The translations under genes were made by a program, and so were the position numbers. Of a stretch of 64,000 nucleotides of DNA, positions 47,102 through 57,701 are shown one piece after another. Source of the DNA: Verrucomicrobiia bacterium (GTDB lineage: Bacteria; Verrucomicrobiota; Verrucomicrobiia; JABWAM01); assembly GCA_028687435.1 (NCBI GenBank), contig JAQUAF010000010.1:9176-73175 (forward strand), written 5' to 3'. The notes below the pieces were generated by a model, which saw only the letters and a list, made by a program, of their open reading frames with translations, did not search any database and was not told the origin of the DNA. Each line of letters opens with the position of its first letter. Within the stretch, counting starts at the first letter, position 1.

Positions 47102-49576
47102 TCAGTTGTTTGCGTTTTTTTTGCCCCGAAGGCTGATATCGAGGCATCGCAGGGTCCAGTTCTGTCCCAAGGAGGCCATTTCGCCTTTGGGAGCGCGGGT
47201 GGCGGACGGAAGTTTGATGTCGATCTTGATCCAGAGGGCGTTGTTTGGATCGGTGAAGACATTTTTGGGCGAGGGAATGGACATCGTGGCGTCCCATGCC
47301 AGTTTTTCCCATTTTTTGGGTTCCACGGTGTTACTGCCAACGGCATATTTGAGATGGGGTTTGAATTGCAACGATTCAAAAGTGCCGTGGATGTTCAGTT
47401 CGCTGGTTTCCACGCGGCCAAGCGCGGAGGGAAGCGAGAAGCGAACGACCAGGGTTTCTTCGCGGGAGCCTTGGAAAAAACCATCCCCGAGCGATGCAAT
47501 CCGTCCGCTGGCGCCGCCCATTTCCAGTTCAGCCAGTCCAGGAGGCATGTAAAAATCGGGATCTGCGGTGAGGAGGGAATCCAGGCCGAGAACCAGCCAC
47601 ATGCCCAGCGACAGTTCCGAACCGGGAGGGCTTTGTTTCCGCCAGAAACCGGGATCCCGCTGGCTGAAACCTCCCAGCGCAATGCGCCGGGCTTGCCGGT
47701 TCCGGGTGAGTTGCATCAGCAGTTGCATGTCCCGTTGCGGATTTTGGGAGGAGGGGGGATCGGGAAAAACCACCTGCCGGATCAGGTTTTGAGCCCTGGC
47801 CATGCCTCCATGGATCAGGCCGGTTTGATAAAGCCCCCACGAATCCCGATGTTTCCAGGTTTCAAACTTCAATTTTGTTTTTGGCTCCAGATCGGGCAGG
47901 GGAACGATGAACCGGTTCCATTTGAGAAAAGGCTGGCTGAGTTTCCAACCCAACAGGGATTCCGCTTCCAACAGGAGTCCATCTTTGGTCAGGCGGACGG
48001 CGTAATTCGCTCCGGATGTGGAAAACTGGGTGATGGATGATACGGCGGCCGAACGCAGGACATTGGGCTTGAGCGTCCACCGGCGGATTCCCAGATGATC
48101 GGCGCTTTGGATGTCGGTGATTTCCTGGGCTGATGAACCGGGAATGGCGAATGGGTAAATCCAGGAGTCAAACCGCCCCAGTTCCCCGCGATCCCAGCCG
48201 ATGGTTTTGGGGGCGGAGGGGAAAAAACCTTCAATTCCCGAACACACCGCAGTGTTGTCGTCATGACGCATTTCGGCCAGGTAAACCCGGACCTGCTCGA
48301 TGCGTCCGGAGCTTTGCCGGCGGTTTTGGCGGTTCAAGTGTTGCAGAAGAAAAAACCATGCTCCGGCCAGAACGGCCACCGCAACATATCCCCATCCGGG
48401 GTGTTTGGCCAGGCGGGCGGCGATCAGGATGAGAATGACGGCAAGGAAATATCCTCCCAGCCAGAACGCCATCCATTCGCGGCCGACGATTTTGACGGCG
48501 ACCATCTGTCCAAGGATGCCTTGGGCGGAAGTGGAAGGAAGGCAAATGGTCCGCGCCGGATTTTCGGCCATGATGGAAAGGGTTTTCAGAGCGAAAGGGA
48601 TCATTCCCGGCGGCGGCTTGTCGTTGTGCCGGGGCACATCGGCGGCAAGAAACCAGATCCGGCCATGGCCGGCGGCGCGGGAAAGCAGCAGGGGCTGGTC
48701 GTCGTTTCCAAGATGAATTTTATGCTCGGAAAAACGGGGGCCATCGGTTATTTCGACCCCTTCGGCGATTCCAAGATCCCCGGCCCATTTTTCGATTTCG
48801 GGAAGAAGACTGGTGCGGCAGGTTTCGGACGGCCAAAGCGGGAGATGGGACGCCAGCTGCGGGTTGGGCTGGGAAAACCAGTGGGAGCCCGCAATGACCA
48901 GCAGCCGTCCGCCGCTTTTTACCCAGTTGAGCAGGGATTCGGTCTGGAGAGGGTCGAGTCCGTTGCCTTTCCATGATGAGAGAACCACCAGATCGAATGC
49001 GTCATACGCAACTGTGTGGCGGGGCAGCATTTCATTGTTCGAAATCAGCACATGGGCTTCGCGCAGGGATCGCAGGGGGGCGTTTTTCATGTTTTTGCGA
49101 ACCTGATAAGCCAGCCCGGCCTCCATCCCCTCGCACCAAAGCACATACTGGCTGGATTCGGGACCGACGATGCAGAGAAAGGCGTCCTTGGTCAGGATGA
49201 GATCGTTGCGCAATAACCGCACCGGGATGGAAAGGGAACGGTTGTTTTTGCCAAGCGGGATGGATGGCGGGGTTTTGACGGGAAGACGCACTTCCTGTTG
49301 CGATTGGGGAGCAAGGGTGACGGGACGGGAAAAGACCGCCTTGATGCCACCCTTTGGAGACGGCATCGCGATTTCCAGGCGCAGAGAATGGGTTTCGGAC
49401 GTTTCATTGCGAAGCAGCACCACGGCTTCCATCCAACGGTCCCAACGCAGGACATTGCCACCCGGTTCAAGGCGGAAGGATGTGATGATGGGGTGCGGTT
49501 CGCCGGCTGGGAGCAAAAAAGAAAACAGGCCATGGAACAATACGGCGGACAGCGCCAGATATTTGCCTTTGGTCAT
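47102..49576 (-). CDS. Large (824 aa) secreted/membrane-anchored protein of unknown function with a central TM pair
   Basis: Signal peptide, internal TM region (FWLGGYFLAVILILIAA...), no recognisable catalytic motif. Confidence 0.55.
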   Translation of the reverse strand: MTKGKYLALSAVLFHGLFSFLLPAGEPHPIITSFRLEPGGNVLRWDRWMEAVVLLRNETSETHSLRLEIAMPSPKGGIKAVFSRPVTLAPQSQQEVRLPVKTPPSIPLGKNNRSLSIPVRLLRNDLILTKDAFLCIVGPESSQYVLWCEGMEAGLAYQVRKNMKNAPLRSLREAHVLISNNEMLPRHTVAYDAFDLVVLSSWKGNGLDPLQTESLLNWVKSGGRLLVIAGSHWFSQPNPQLASHLPLWPSETCRTSLLPEIEKWAGDLGIAEGVEITDGPRFSEHKIHLGNDDQPLLLSRAAGHGRIWFLAADVPRHNDKPPPGMIPFALKTLSIMAENPARTICLPSTSAQGILGQMVAVKIVGREWMAFWLGGYFLAVILILIAARLAKHPGWGYVAVAVLAGAWFFLLQHLNRQNRRQSSGRIEQVRVYLAEMRHDDNTAVCSGIEGFFPSAPKTIGWDRGELGRFDSWIYPFAIPGSSAQEITDIQSADHLGIRRWTLKPNVLRSAAVSSITQFSTSGANYAVRLTKDGLLLEAESLLGWKLSQPFLKWNRFIVPLPDLEPKTKLKFETWKHRDSWGLYQTGLIHGGMARAQNLIRQVVFPDPPSSQNPQRDMQLLMQLTRNRQARRIALGGFSQRDPGFWRKQSPPGSELSLGMWLVLGLDSLLTADPDFYMPPGLAELEMGGASGRIASLGDGFFQGSREETLVVRFSLPSALGRVETSELNIHGTFESLQFKPHLKYAVGSNTVEPKKWEKLAWDATMSIPSPKNVFTDPNNALWIKIDIKLPSATRAPKGEMASLGQNWTLRCLDISLRGKKNANN

Positions 49577-49616
49577 TCGGATTCCGGATTTGTCTTCTTG
49601 GTGATGCGTCAGCGTG

Positions 49617-51836
49617 TCACGGAGAGGGGGAAACAGCGCTCAAATCGATGAGATCCGCAAGAATATTCAGTCCCTCTTCATAAACCGCGTTTCCGGAAGG
49701 ATCCTCCAGATCCATTTCATCGCCATCATCGGTTCTTTCGCCAAGCCGGTTGGCGGCGCTTTGCAGCACCTTTTTGGTGATGGCTGCCGCCGGCGGTTTG
49801 CCGTTTTCCGGTGTCTGCAGGGTGATCTCGATGGATTTCAATGCGGGCTGCGCGGATATTATCCTCTTCTTCTTGCGAAAGTTTTCCCGTTCCTGGTTGG
49901 CCTTCATTTCCGCCAGCCGCTTGTTTTCATTGAGGGAAATGGTCTTGTCCTGCAGATGGACTTTCAAACGCTCGATGTCCTCCCGAATGAATCTGAATTC
50001 CAGACTGGATGCGATGCGTTGCCGGGAGGCAACCCTCAATTTTTCCAGGTAGGGTGTGACGTTTTGGAGGGAGGTGAAGTTGACCGGTGTCACTTCGTCG
50101 TAGGGCAGAGCGTTTTTCAGCGAGGATTCATTGATCTTGGAATAATCCAGGATGGCTGGAAGATGAATGTCGGAAAGAACCCCGCGATATTGGGTGGAAC
50201 CGCCCGAAACGCGATAAAATTTCTGTGTCGTTATTTTGATGGCGCCGGGCTTGGTTTCAAACTTCCGGGATGGCGAAAAAAACGGGGTCAGGTCCTCCAG
50301 CTTCTGCACGGTTCCTTTGCCAAAGGTGTTTTTATCCCCCACAATCACCGCCCGTCCGTAGTCCTGAAGCGCGCCGGCGACGATTTCGGAGGCCGAGGCG
50401 CTGGTGTGATCCACCAGCACGGCCAGAGGGCCATCGTAAGCCACGCCCTGGCTTTCGCAAGTCATCACCTGCACACGGCCCCGGACGTCCTTGACTTGCA
50501 CCACCGGGCCGGAGGGGACGAAAAGGCCGGTCATGGTGACCGCCTCGTTCAACGCTCCGCCAGTATTGCGGCGCAGGTCGATGAGAAGACCGTCGATTCC
50601 CTTGCCGGTTTTCAGTTTTTCGATCAGCACGGCAACATCGTGGGTGGTGCTTTTTCCCCGCGGACCCTGCTGCATGTCCGCGTAAAAGAGGGGCAGGTTG
50701 ATGTAACCGAGGCGCAGCGGCCGTCCCTTTGGACTTTTGATTTCGAGCAGGCGCGCCTTGGCCTCCTGTTCGGTCCGTTTGATTTCATCGCGGACAATCC
50801 GGATTTCCTTGCGTGTGGCCGGATCGGGAGCGCTGGCGGGAACCACCAGCAGCCGGACGGTGGTGCCTTTGGGACCGCGAATCATGCTCACAGCCTTGCT
50901 CAACTTCATGTCCACGATGTCCACCATGGGATCGTTTCCCTGTCCCACGGCTGCAATGCGGTCGTTGACTTTCAGGCGTTTATCCAGATCCGCGGGGCCG
51001 CCCGGCACAATTTCGATGACTTTGGCGTAGCCGTCCTCCGAGGTGAGAACTGCGCCGATCCCTTGCAGGGAAAGTTTCATGTTGATATAGAAGGTCTCCA
51101 GTTCCGATGCCGGCATGTATTCGGAATGCGGGTCGTAAACATGGGCTAGCGAGGACAGATAGGCCTGCAGGGTGGTGTCCAGATCCCATTCCTTGACGCT
51201 GTGAAGGAGGCGGTTGTAACGGCGGGAGATGGTTTCCACGGCTTCCGAGGGTTTTTTCTTGATGATGCGTTCCTTGGGAGCGGCCGATTTGGCGCTGTTT
51301 TCTGTTTTAATGCCCGCCAGGCGTTCCTGGAGCAGTTCCAGTTTGATGCGCTGGCGCCAGAGTTTGGCGGCTTTCGCATCGTCTGCCGGCCATGGCGCTT
51401 CATCCCGTTCGCGCAGGAATGTTTCGTCCGTGTCGAAGGTGTATTTTTCCTTCAGCAATTCCTTGACCAGGGCGACTCTTTGCTCGACCCGCTGGATGTA
51501 GCGGTTGAAAATCTCCACTGCCGCGCCGATGTCCGCCTTCAGGATGTCGTCATCGAGAAGGGAACCGTATTTTTTCTGGAATTCCTGCACGTCGGACTGA
51601 AGAAAGAACAGATGATTGTAATCCAGCGAATCCAGATAATTTTTCAGCATTTTTTGCGAAACCTCGTCGTTGATCATCTGGCGCCGGTAGTTTTCGGTGC
51701 AGAGGATCTTTCCCACCAGCAGGGCGATTTGTCCCGCTTCCTGGGTTGGCACAATGGCGGCAAGAGCGGCAAGGCCGGAGAGGCTGCACCCCAGCAGAAT
51801 GACGGCAAACTTTGATTTTAGATGGCGCGCAATCAT
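49617..51836 (-). CDS. Carboxy-terminal processing (tail-specific) protease, S41 family
   Basis: Signal peptide, PDZ region, S41 catalytic region (LLIDLRRNTGG...). Confidence 0.8.
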   Translation of the reverse strand: MIARHLKSKFAVILLGCSLSGLAALAAIVPTQEAGQIALLVGKILCTENYRRQMINDEVSQKMLKNYLDSLDYNHLFFLQSDVQEFQKKYGSLLDDDILKADIGAAVEIFNRYIQRVEQRVALVKELLKEKYTFDTDETFLRERDEAPWPADDAKAAKLWRQRIKLELLQERLAGIKTENSAKSAAPKERIIKKKPSEAVETISRRYNRLLHSVKEWDLDTTLQAYLSSLAHVYDPHSEYMPASELETFYINMKLSLQGIGAVLTSEDGYAKVIEIVPGGPADLDKRLKVNDRIAAVGQGNDPMVDIVDMKLSKAVSMIRGPKGTTVRLLVVPASAPDPATRKEIRIVRDEIKRTEQEAKARLLEIKSPKGRPLRLGYINLPLFYADMQQGPRGKSTTHDVAVLIEKLKTGKGIDGLLIDLRRNTGGALNEAVTMTGLFVPSGPVVQVKDVRGRVQVMTCESQGVAYDGPLAVLVDHTSASASEIVAGALQDYGRAVIVGDKNTFGKGTVQKLEDLTPFFSPSRKFETKPGAIKITTQKFYRVSGGSTQYRGVLSDIHLPAILDYSKINESSLKNALPYDEVTPVNFTSLQNVTPYLEKLRVASRQRIASSLEFRFIREDIERLKVHLQDKTISLNENKRLAEMKANQERENFRKKKRIISAQPALKSIEITLQTPENGKPPAAAITKKVLQSAANRLGERTDDGDEMDLEDPSGNAVYEEGLNILADLIDLSAVSPSP

Positions 51837-51904
51837 GGAAGAAAAAGCCGATCATTTCATAATTGGCGTTTCCCTGCAATATCCCTTTCTGCTAGAATGG
51901 AACG

Positions 51905-52834
51905 ATGAATTTCCGGTTGGTGCGAAGAGGAAGGGATTGGGGCTGGCGGCTGTTTTTGGCGGGCTGCCTGGCCGTCGGGGCGCATGGAGAGGGGATGGAG
52001 GCCGATGAAAAGGGCTGGCGCCACCCCTTTTTCTTCGTGCATTTGTCTGATCCGCAGTTGGGAATGGATTCCCACAATGCGAAATTGGAGCCGGAGTCCG
52101 GACGTTTCAAGCTGGCAGTCGGAAAAATCAACCGTTTGCGTCCGGCATTTGTGGTGATTGGCGGGGATATGATTAATGCGCCTCCGGGACGGAATCAAAA
52201 TCCCGCGCAAGTGGAGGAATTCAAACGCCTGGCCGGACAACTGGATCAGTCCATTCCGCTTCACTTGGTTGCCGGGAATCATGAGATCGATCCCATGACC
52301 CCGGAAACTCTGGCTTGGTACCGTCAGACTTTCGGGCCGGATTGGTATGCGTTCCAGCATGGCGGCTGTCATTTCATCGTGTTAAATTCCATGATCCTTC
52401 GGGACCCTCAAAAGGTTCCCGACCAGACCCGGTTGGAAACCGGATGGCTGGAGTCGGAACTGAAGGCCGCCAGGGAAAATGGCAGTGTCATGACCTTTGT
52501 TTTTCAACATCAACCGTTCTTTTTGATGTCAGCGGATGAAAAGGACTCCTATTTTAATTTTTCCATGGACAGAAGAAAGGAACTGCTTGGAATATTGAAA
52601 AAATGGAATGTCAAGGCTGTCTTTTTCGGCCATTTGCACAATACCCTTGCCAGCAGGGATGGGGATTTGGAGTGTTATATCACCGGTTCTGTGGGCAAGG
52701 CATTGGGACCTTTGGCGCGGTGTGGCATGGCTATTGTGAAGGTTTATCGACAGCGCCTGACTTACGACTTTTATCCGCTGGAATCCGTGCCGGAAAAGGT
52801 GGAACTCGGCGCGTCGGAAGAAAAACCCCAATAA
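51905..52834 (+). CDS. Calcineurin-like metallophosphoesterase, secreted
   Basis: Signal peptide; metallophosphoesterase motifs (VHLSDPQ, GGDMIN, GNHE). Confidence 0.7.
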   Translation: MNFRLVRRGRDWGWRLFLAGCLAVGAHGEGMEADEKGWRHPFFFVHLSDPQLGMDSHNAKLEPESGRFKLAVGKINRLRPAFVVIGGDMINAPPGRNQNPAQVEEFKRLAGQLDQSIPLHLVAGNHEIDPMTPETLAWYRQTFGPDWYAFQHGGCHFIVLNSMILRDPQKVPDQTRLETGWLESELKAARENGSVMTFVFQHQPFFLMSADEKDSYFNFSMDRRKELLGILKKWNVKAVFFGHLHNTLASRDGDLECYITGSVGKALGPLARCGMAIVKVYRQRLTYDFYPLESVPEKVELGASEEKPQ

Positions 52835-52959
52835 GCTGAATATCCGCCCCTTGCGGGGAGTTGGAGGGGATGATAGTTTCGATGCGTGCCGAATCAGGTT
52901 GTTTGAACCAAGGGGGCTGCGGGAAACAACATGATCGATCATAAAACCTTGCCTCCAGA

Positions 52960-55404
52960 TTGTTGAGCTTCTCTGTCATGAATCATCTTCCCGATCATCA
53001 TCCCCTGCGGCGTGCCACGTGGATATGGCCGCAATATTATCTGTATCTCATCAATCATTATGCGCAGTTCCGGCGGGATTTCGTTTTGCCGCGGACGCCG
53101 TCCAAGGCGCCGTTTTTCATAACCGCCGACAAAGCCTATCGACTGTATGTCAATGGACGGCCCGTTTGTCGCGGGCCTGCTCGCGGATATCAGTCGCACT
53201 GGCCGTTTGATGAGGTGGATCTGGCCGCTTTTTTGCGGCGGGGACGCAACTGGATTGCAGTGGAAGCCTATAACCCGGGAATCAGCACCTTCCAGTATCT
53301 TCACCACACCAAGGCGGGATTCCTTTGCGCAGCCCGATGGGGAGGATTTGAATTGGTCAGTGATTTAAACTGGCAGATGCGCCGCTCGCCCGCCCATGCC
53401 GTCCATACGGCCCGGTTTTCAATCCAGTTGGATTTTCAGGAACATGTTGATGCCTCGAAGGATGACAGGGCATGGATTTATTCTCCCCAGCCGCCCAAAG
53501 GATGGGAACCCAGGATCCTGCCCGCCCCGGCTCAGCATCACATCTCGGCGCCATTTGGACAGACTCCCTACGATCTGGTGGAACCCCGCGGCATTCCGCT
53601 GCTGAGGGAGGAATGGGTTTTGCCGGCGCGGATTTGCGCCCAAACCACGGGGGAAAATGGTGCGGGCTTTGAAGATTGGGAGAACGTTTCATGGGGGTGG
53701 GTGGAAGAGGTGAGAGGCAGGGCCGTGTGGAGCGGGGGCGAGGGAGCGGGCGCACCCAAAGGCGGAATGTTTGAATGGGATATGCCCCCCGCCGGAAGGG
53801 GAAAATTCCGCGCGATGGCCTTGGAGTTGCCTTATTATGTGGTTGGAAATCTTGACGTCGAGGTCAAGGGGGGTGTTGGCGGGGAAATACTGGACTTTCA
53901 TTTTGCCGAAGGTTTGGTGGATGGACGTCCCGCCCTGCACGCGCCAGGTGCCGCCTGCATGATCGCCCTGGCCAACCGGTTGCGGTTGCGCAAGGGAACG
54001 GTTCAGCATGAATTCTTTCATCACTTGGGATTCCGGATTGTGACCGTGGTGGGGCGGAACATCCGAAAGCCGCTGGCCATTCGCGTGCGGGTCCGAAATA
54101 TCGGTTATCCTTTTGCCATGCGCGGTATTTTTGAATGTTCCGATCCGGAACTGAATCGCATCCACGCCGCCTGCCGCCGAACCCAGCAGATATGCGCCCT
54201 GGACGCTTATGTGGACACCCCCTGGCGCGAACAGGCTCAATGGTGGGGCGATGCCAGAGTGCAGGCGCGAAACACGTTTTATCTGGATGGCGACGCCCGG
54301 TTGCTGGCCCGGGGCATCCGTTCCATTGCCGGGCAACCGGGGCCTTGGGGATTGACCTTCGGTCATGCGCCCACAAGCGCCCATGGTTGTGTGTTGCCGG
54401 ATTTTGCCCTGACGTGGATCCTTACCATTTGGGATTACTATTGGCAGACCGGAGACATCAGTCTGTTCAATTCCATGTGGCCCCGGGTTCAGGAGGTGCT
54501 GGGCTATTTTGCGCGTCCGGAGGTTCGAACAAAGGAAGGACTGCTGCGGCATGACCGGCGTTACTGGTTGTTTGAGGATTGGACGGATTTGTTCAAGGGA
54601 GAGGTTCCAACCTTTTTGAACCTGTGGTATCTGCTGACTTTGCGTCATCTCACAAAACTCTGTTTGGCGGCCCGCATGCAGGCGCAAGCCGTCTCCTTCA
54701 AACAACTGGCGGCGGCGCATGAACGGCTGGTGGTGAAACGGCTGTTTGATCCCCGATCCGGCTTGTTTGTTGAAGGCATCAATGAAAAAGGTGTCATGGA
54801 AAAAAGGGCTTCTGTGCACGACCAAACGCTGGCCCTGATGTTGGATTTGTGTCCGGCAAGCCATTCAAACATGATCAAGAAACGGTTGCTCCCTTTCCTG
54901 GAGGAAAAAAATGTGAAGGGCGCCAAACCGTCGGTTTTCTGGGTGACCTATGTTTTTGAGGAAATGATCCGCCGGGGGTATGCCGGCGAAACCCTGTCTT
55001 TCCTGCGGAAAAAATGGATTCCGATGGGGCGGTTCGGAACCACCTTTGAGGGCCACGCAGGTGACCGATATGACGAAAATGGGGCTGGCAGCGCTTCCCA
55101 CGCATGGACGGCTCATCCGAGTTTTCATCTGGTCAATATCCTGGCGGGCTTGACTCAGACGGCCGTGGCATGGAAAGAGGTCCGTTTTTCGCCCTGTTTT
55201 ATTCCGGGAATGGATCATGTCCGGGCGTTGATTCCCTCTCCTCAAGGGGACATTTCGGCCGAATGGCGGCGGAAGGAACAAAAAGTGGATGTCACCCTCA
55301 GTCTCCCCCGGGGAGTCATGGCGCAAATCCGGCTTCCGGGAATCAACAAAAAAATTGCCGGTGGGCGGAAATGCAAGGTCACAGTCCCCGCCGGGCAGGA
55401 GTGA
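52960..55404 (+). CDS. GH78-like alpha-L-rhamnosidase-family glycoside hydrolase
   Basis: N-terminal ATWIWPQYY...FRRDF...YRLYVNGRPV matches the rhamnosidase N-domain pattern; 814 aa. Confidence 0.55.
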   Translation: MLSFSVMNHLPDHHPLRRATWIWPQYYLYLINHYAQFRRDFVLPRTPSKAPFFITADKAYRLYVNGRPVCRGPARGYQSHWPFDEVDLAAFLRRGRNWIAVEAYNPGISTFQYLHHTKAGFLCAARWGGFELVSDLNWQMRRSPAHAVHTARFSIQLDFQEHVDASKDDRAWIYSPQPPKGWEPRILPAPAQHHISAPFGQTPYDLVEPRGIPLLREEWVLPARICAQTTGENGAGFEDWENVSWGWVEEVRGRAVWSGGEGAGAPKGGMFEWDMPPAGRGKFRAMALELPYYVVGNLDVEVKGGVGGEILDFHFAEGLVDGRPALHAPGAACMIALANRLRLRKGTVQHEFFHHLGFRIVTVVGRNIRKPLAIRVRVRNIGYPFAMRGIFECSDPELNRIHAACRRTQQICALDAYVDTPWREQAQWWGDARVQARNTFYLDGDARLLARGIRSIAGQPGPWGLTFGHAPTSAHGCVLPDFALTWILTIWDYYWQTGDISLFNSMWPRVQEVLGYFARPEVRTKEGLLRHDRRYWLFEDWTDLFKGEVPTFLNLWYLLTLRHLTKLCLAARMQAQAVSFKQLAAAHERLVVKRLFDPRSGLFVEGINEKGVMEKRASVHDQTLALMLDLCPASHSNMIKKRLLPFLEEKNVKGAKPSVFWVTYVFEEMIRRGYAGETLSFLRKKWIPMGRFGTTFEGHAGDRYDENGAGSASHAWTAHPSFHLVNILAGLTQTAVAWKEVRFSPCFIPGMDHVRALIPSPQGDISAEWRRKEQKVDVTLSLPRGVMAQIRLPGINKKIAGGRKCKVTVPAGQE

Positions 55405-55600
55405 TTTGAAATTTGCACAAGATGTGTTTGGGCAGAATCTGTGGGAAGGAGGCTTGGTGATGAGAGGCGGAAATCTGGGAGAGTGATAAACGGGTTTTTG
55501 GGGATATTTGGATGGATGGGAGAGTTTTTTTGGGTGTGTGTGGGAGAAGATTCAAACGCTTGTCAGATTGGGGATGAGACTGCTACGTTTGGGGGATATG

Positions 55601-56740
55601 ATGCGTTTTCTCATTGTGCCGGACAAGTTCAAGGGGTGCATGACAGCCTTGGAGGTGGCGCGGGCGATGGGCCGGGGGGTGCGGGATGCCATTCCATCGG
55701 CTGACGTCAGGTTGATTCCCTTGGCGGATGGCGGGGATGGAACAGGCGAAATCTTGAGCTGCGGAGTCGGAGCGAGGCGGCGGCAGGTGGGGGTGAAAGG
55801 ACCGCTTGGAGGGCGGGTGATGGCGGGTTTTGGTCTTGACGGAAAACGGGCTTTTTTGGATATGGCCAGCGCTTCGGGGCTGGCTTTGATCCCCGCAGCC
55901 AAAAGAAATCCCTGGCAGACCAGCAGTTTTGGGACAGGTCAATTGCTGGATGCGGCGGTCGAGGCGGGGGCGGAACAAGTGGTGATGGGAGTGGGAGGCA
56001 GTGCCACAGTGGATGGGGGATTGGGGATGATGAAGGCGCTGGGAGTGCGCTTTCTGGATGTCGCAGGGAGGGAGGTTGCGGATGGCGGGGCGGGAGTGGG
56101 GCGGGTCTGCAAAGTGGAGTTGGAGAAATGTGTCTGGCGGGGACGCCGGGTGGAATTGATTATTCTGGCGGATGTTTGGAATCCGTTGTTGGGACCTTTT
56201 GGAGCGGCGCCGGTTTTCGCGCCGCAAAAAGGGGCTTCTCCCGCAATGGTGAAGCAGTTGGCGAAGGGATTGGAACGGTTTGCGGATGTTTTGCGAAAAC
56301 AATTTGGAGTGAAAATTCATCGCCTGCGTTCCGGAGGCGCCGCAGGAGGGGTGGTGGCGGGATTGATTGGCGTCCTCAACCAAGTGAAAGGGGTGAAAGT
56401 CCGGGTGGTGGATGGAATTGGCCATGTGCTGGAGGTTTTGCAGGTGGAAGATGCCATGAGGAAGACGGATTGGGTGTTGACGGCCGAGGGACAGTTGGAT
56501 GGGCAGACGGCCAGGGGAAAAACCATCGCGGGGGTTGCAAGCCTGGCGCGGCGATGCCGCAAACCAGTGGCGGCGTTTGCCGGGCGTGTTGCGGTTGATC
56601 CCGGAACCTTGAGACGGATGGGCGTGAGAGCGGCTTTCCCCCTGGCTCCCGGGCCTTGTTCGCTGGAGGAAAGCCTGAAGAATGGACACGACTGGTTGTG
56701 TCGCGCGGTGGCCAATGCGGTGGCGTTAATCCCAGGCTGA
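55601..56740 (+). CDS. Glycerate kinase (GlxK/GarK family)
   Basis: MRFLIVPDKFKGCMTALEVA N-terminus and overall family pattern. Confidence 0.75.
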   Translation: MRFLIVPDKFKGCMTALEVARAMGRGVRDAIPSADVRLIPLADGGDGTGEILSCGVGARRRQVGVKGPLGGRVMAGFGLDGKRAFLDMASASGLALIPAAKRNPWQTSSFGTGQLLDAAVEAGAEQVVMGVGGSATVDGGLGMMKALGVRFLDVAGREVADGGAGVGRVCKVELEKCVWRGRRVELIILADVWNPLLGPFGAAPVFAPQKGASPAMVKQLAKGLERFADVLRKQFGVKIHRLRSGGAAGGVVAGLIGVLNQVKGVKVRVVDGIGHVLEVLQVEDAMRKTDWVLTAEGQLDGQTARGKTIAGVASLARRCRKPVAAFAGRVAVDPGTLRRMGVRAAFPLAPGPCSLEESLKNGHDWLCRAVANAVALIPG

Positions 56741-56841
56741 AGATTGAAGGAAAAGAGTGAAACAAGGCGCTGAAATACTCATTGTTTGGAAGAGGAAAAA
56801 ACCTTCAGTCTTCAGCCTTCGGACTATCAATCTTTAAAAAT

Positions 56842-57513
56842 ATGAAGCCTCTTGAGCAGAGAACCAAGACTTACGATTACGTCCTCCGTCCTTACCGGAC
56901 GGAGGATCGGGAACGGATCCGTTTTATTTGTTGCGAGACGGGTTTCCTGGGCAATCCCATTGACGAGGTGTTTGGTGACCGGGATGTGTTTGCCGATTAT
57001 CTGACGCGGTATTACACGGACGCCGAGCCCGAGTCTTCCTGGGTGGGCGAAAAAAACGGGGAGGTGGTGGGATATCTGCTTTCGTGCAAACGCTGGCATT
57101 GGAACCGCTGGTGGTGTTTTTGGAACAACCTCCGGATTGCAGCCAAGGTGGCCTGTCGTTTTTTGCTCGGGCGTTACGATGCCAGATCGCGGAAGTTTCT
57201 GGGGTGGATTCTTTTGAAGGGCCGGAAGGAGAACCCGGCGACTCCCCGGGCGTCGGCGCATTTCCATTTCAATTCGCTCAAGGACCACCGCCGGATGGGG
57301 ATTGCGAGGGATTTGGTGGTGACCATGTTGGATGACCTGAAGAAACACGGGGTGAGGCAGGTGTACGGTCAGATGGCCACCTACGACCACCGGCGAACGG
57401 CGCGGTTGTACGAGTACATGGGCTGGAAAGTCATTGATAAAAAAAAGGTCACCAAATACCAGGACAAGCTGGACAAGGAGTTGTGGCTGACGACCATCAT
57501 CAAGGAAGTGTAG
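56842..57513 (+). CDS. GNAT-family N-acetyltransferase
   Basis: Acetyl-CoA-binding-like HRRMGIARDLV region. Confidence 0.55.
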   Translation: MKPLEQRTKTYDYVLRPYRTEDRERIRFICCETGFLGNPIDEVFGDRDVFADYLTRYYTDAEPESSWVGEKNGEVVGYLLSCKRWHWNRWWCFWNNLRIAAKVACRFLLGRYDARSRKFLGWILLKGRKENPATPRASAHFHFNSLKDHRRMGIARDLVVTMLDDLKKHGVRQVYGQMATYDHRRTARLYEYMGWKVIDKKKVTKYQDKLDKELWLTTIIKEV

Positions 57514-57552
57514 GTTGTTCAAGGTGTGGTTGGAGATGGTGGCTTTTTCGCG

Positions 57553-57606
57553 GGCCAATTTACCTCAATCAAGGAACGATCGTTCCTTGATTGAGGTAAA
57601 TTGGCC
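57553..57606. repeat. 54-bp perfect palindrome (27-bp arms, centre CGATCG) in the GNAT / hexapeptide-repeat-protein intergenic region
   Basis: Checked base by base: GGCCAATTTACCTCAATCAAGGAACGAT|ATCGTTCCTTGATTGAGGTAAATTGGCC. Confidence 0.9.
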
Positions 57607-57701
57607 TGAAGTCATTGGGTGGAGTTTTTTACTGCGGCGGGATGCGGAACCGGCAGAGGAAGGCTCTTGTCTTGGAAGACGGCAGAGGGTAAGGATGGAG
57701 C

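Noticed and set aside
49614-51149. 511-aa ORF on the plus strand
   Set aside because: Antisense to the S41 protease gene.
53689-54864. 391-aa ORF on the minus strand
   Set aside because: Antisense to the GH78-like gene.
55405-55600. GT-rich stretch (GGGTGTGTGTGGGAG...) between the GH78 and glycerate kinase genes
   Set aside because: It is short and irregular, with no clear repeat unit or hairpin. It is probably just promoter or spacer DNA.
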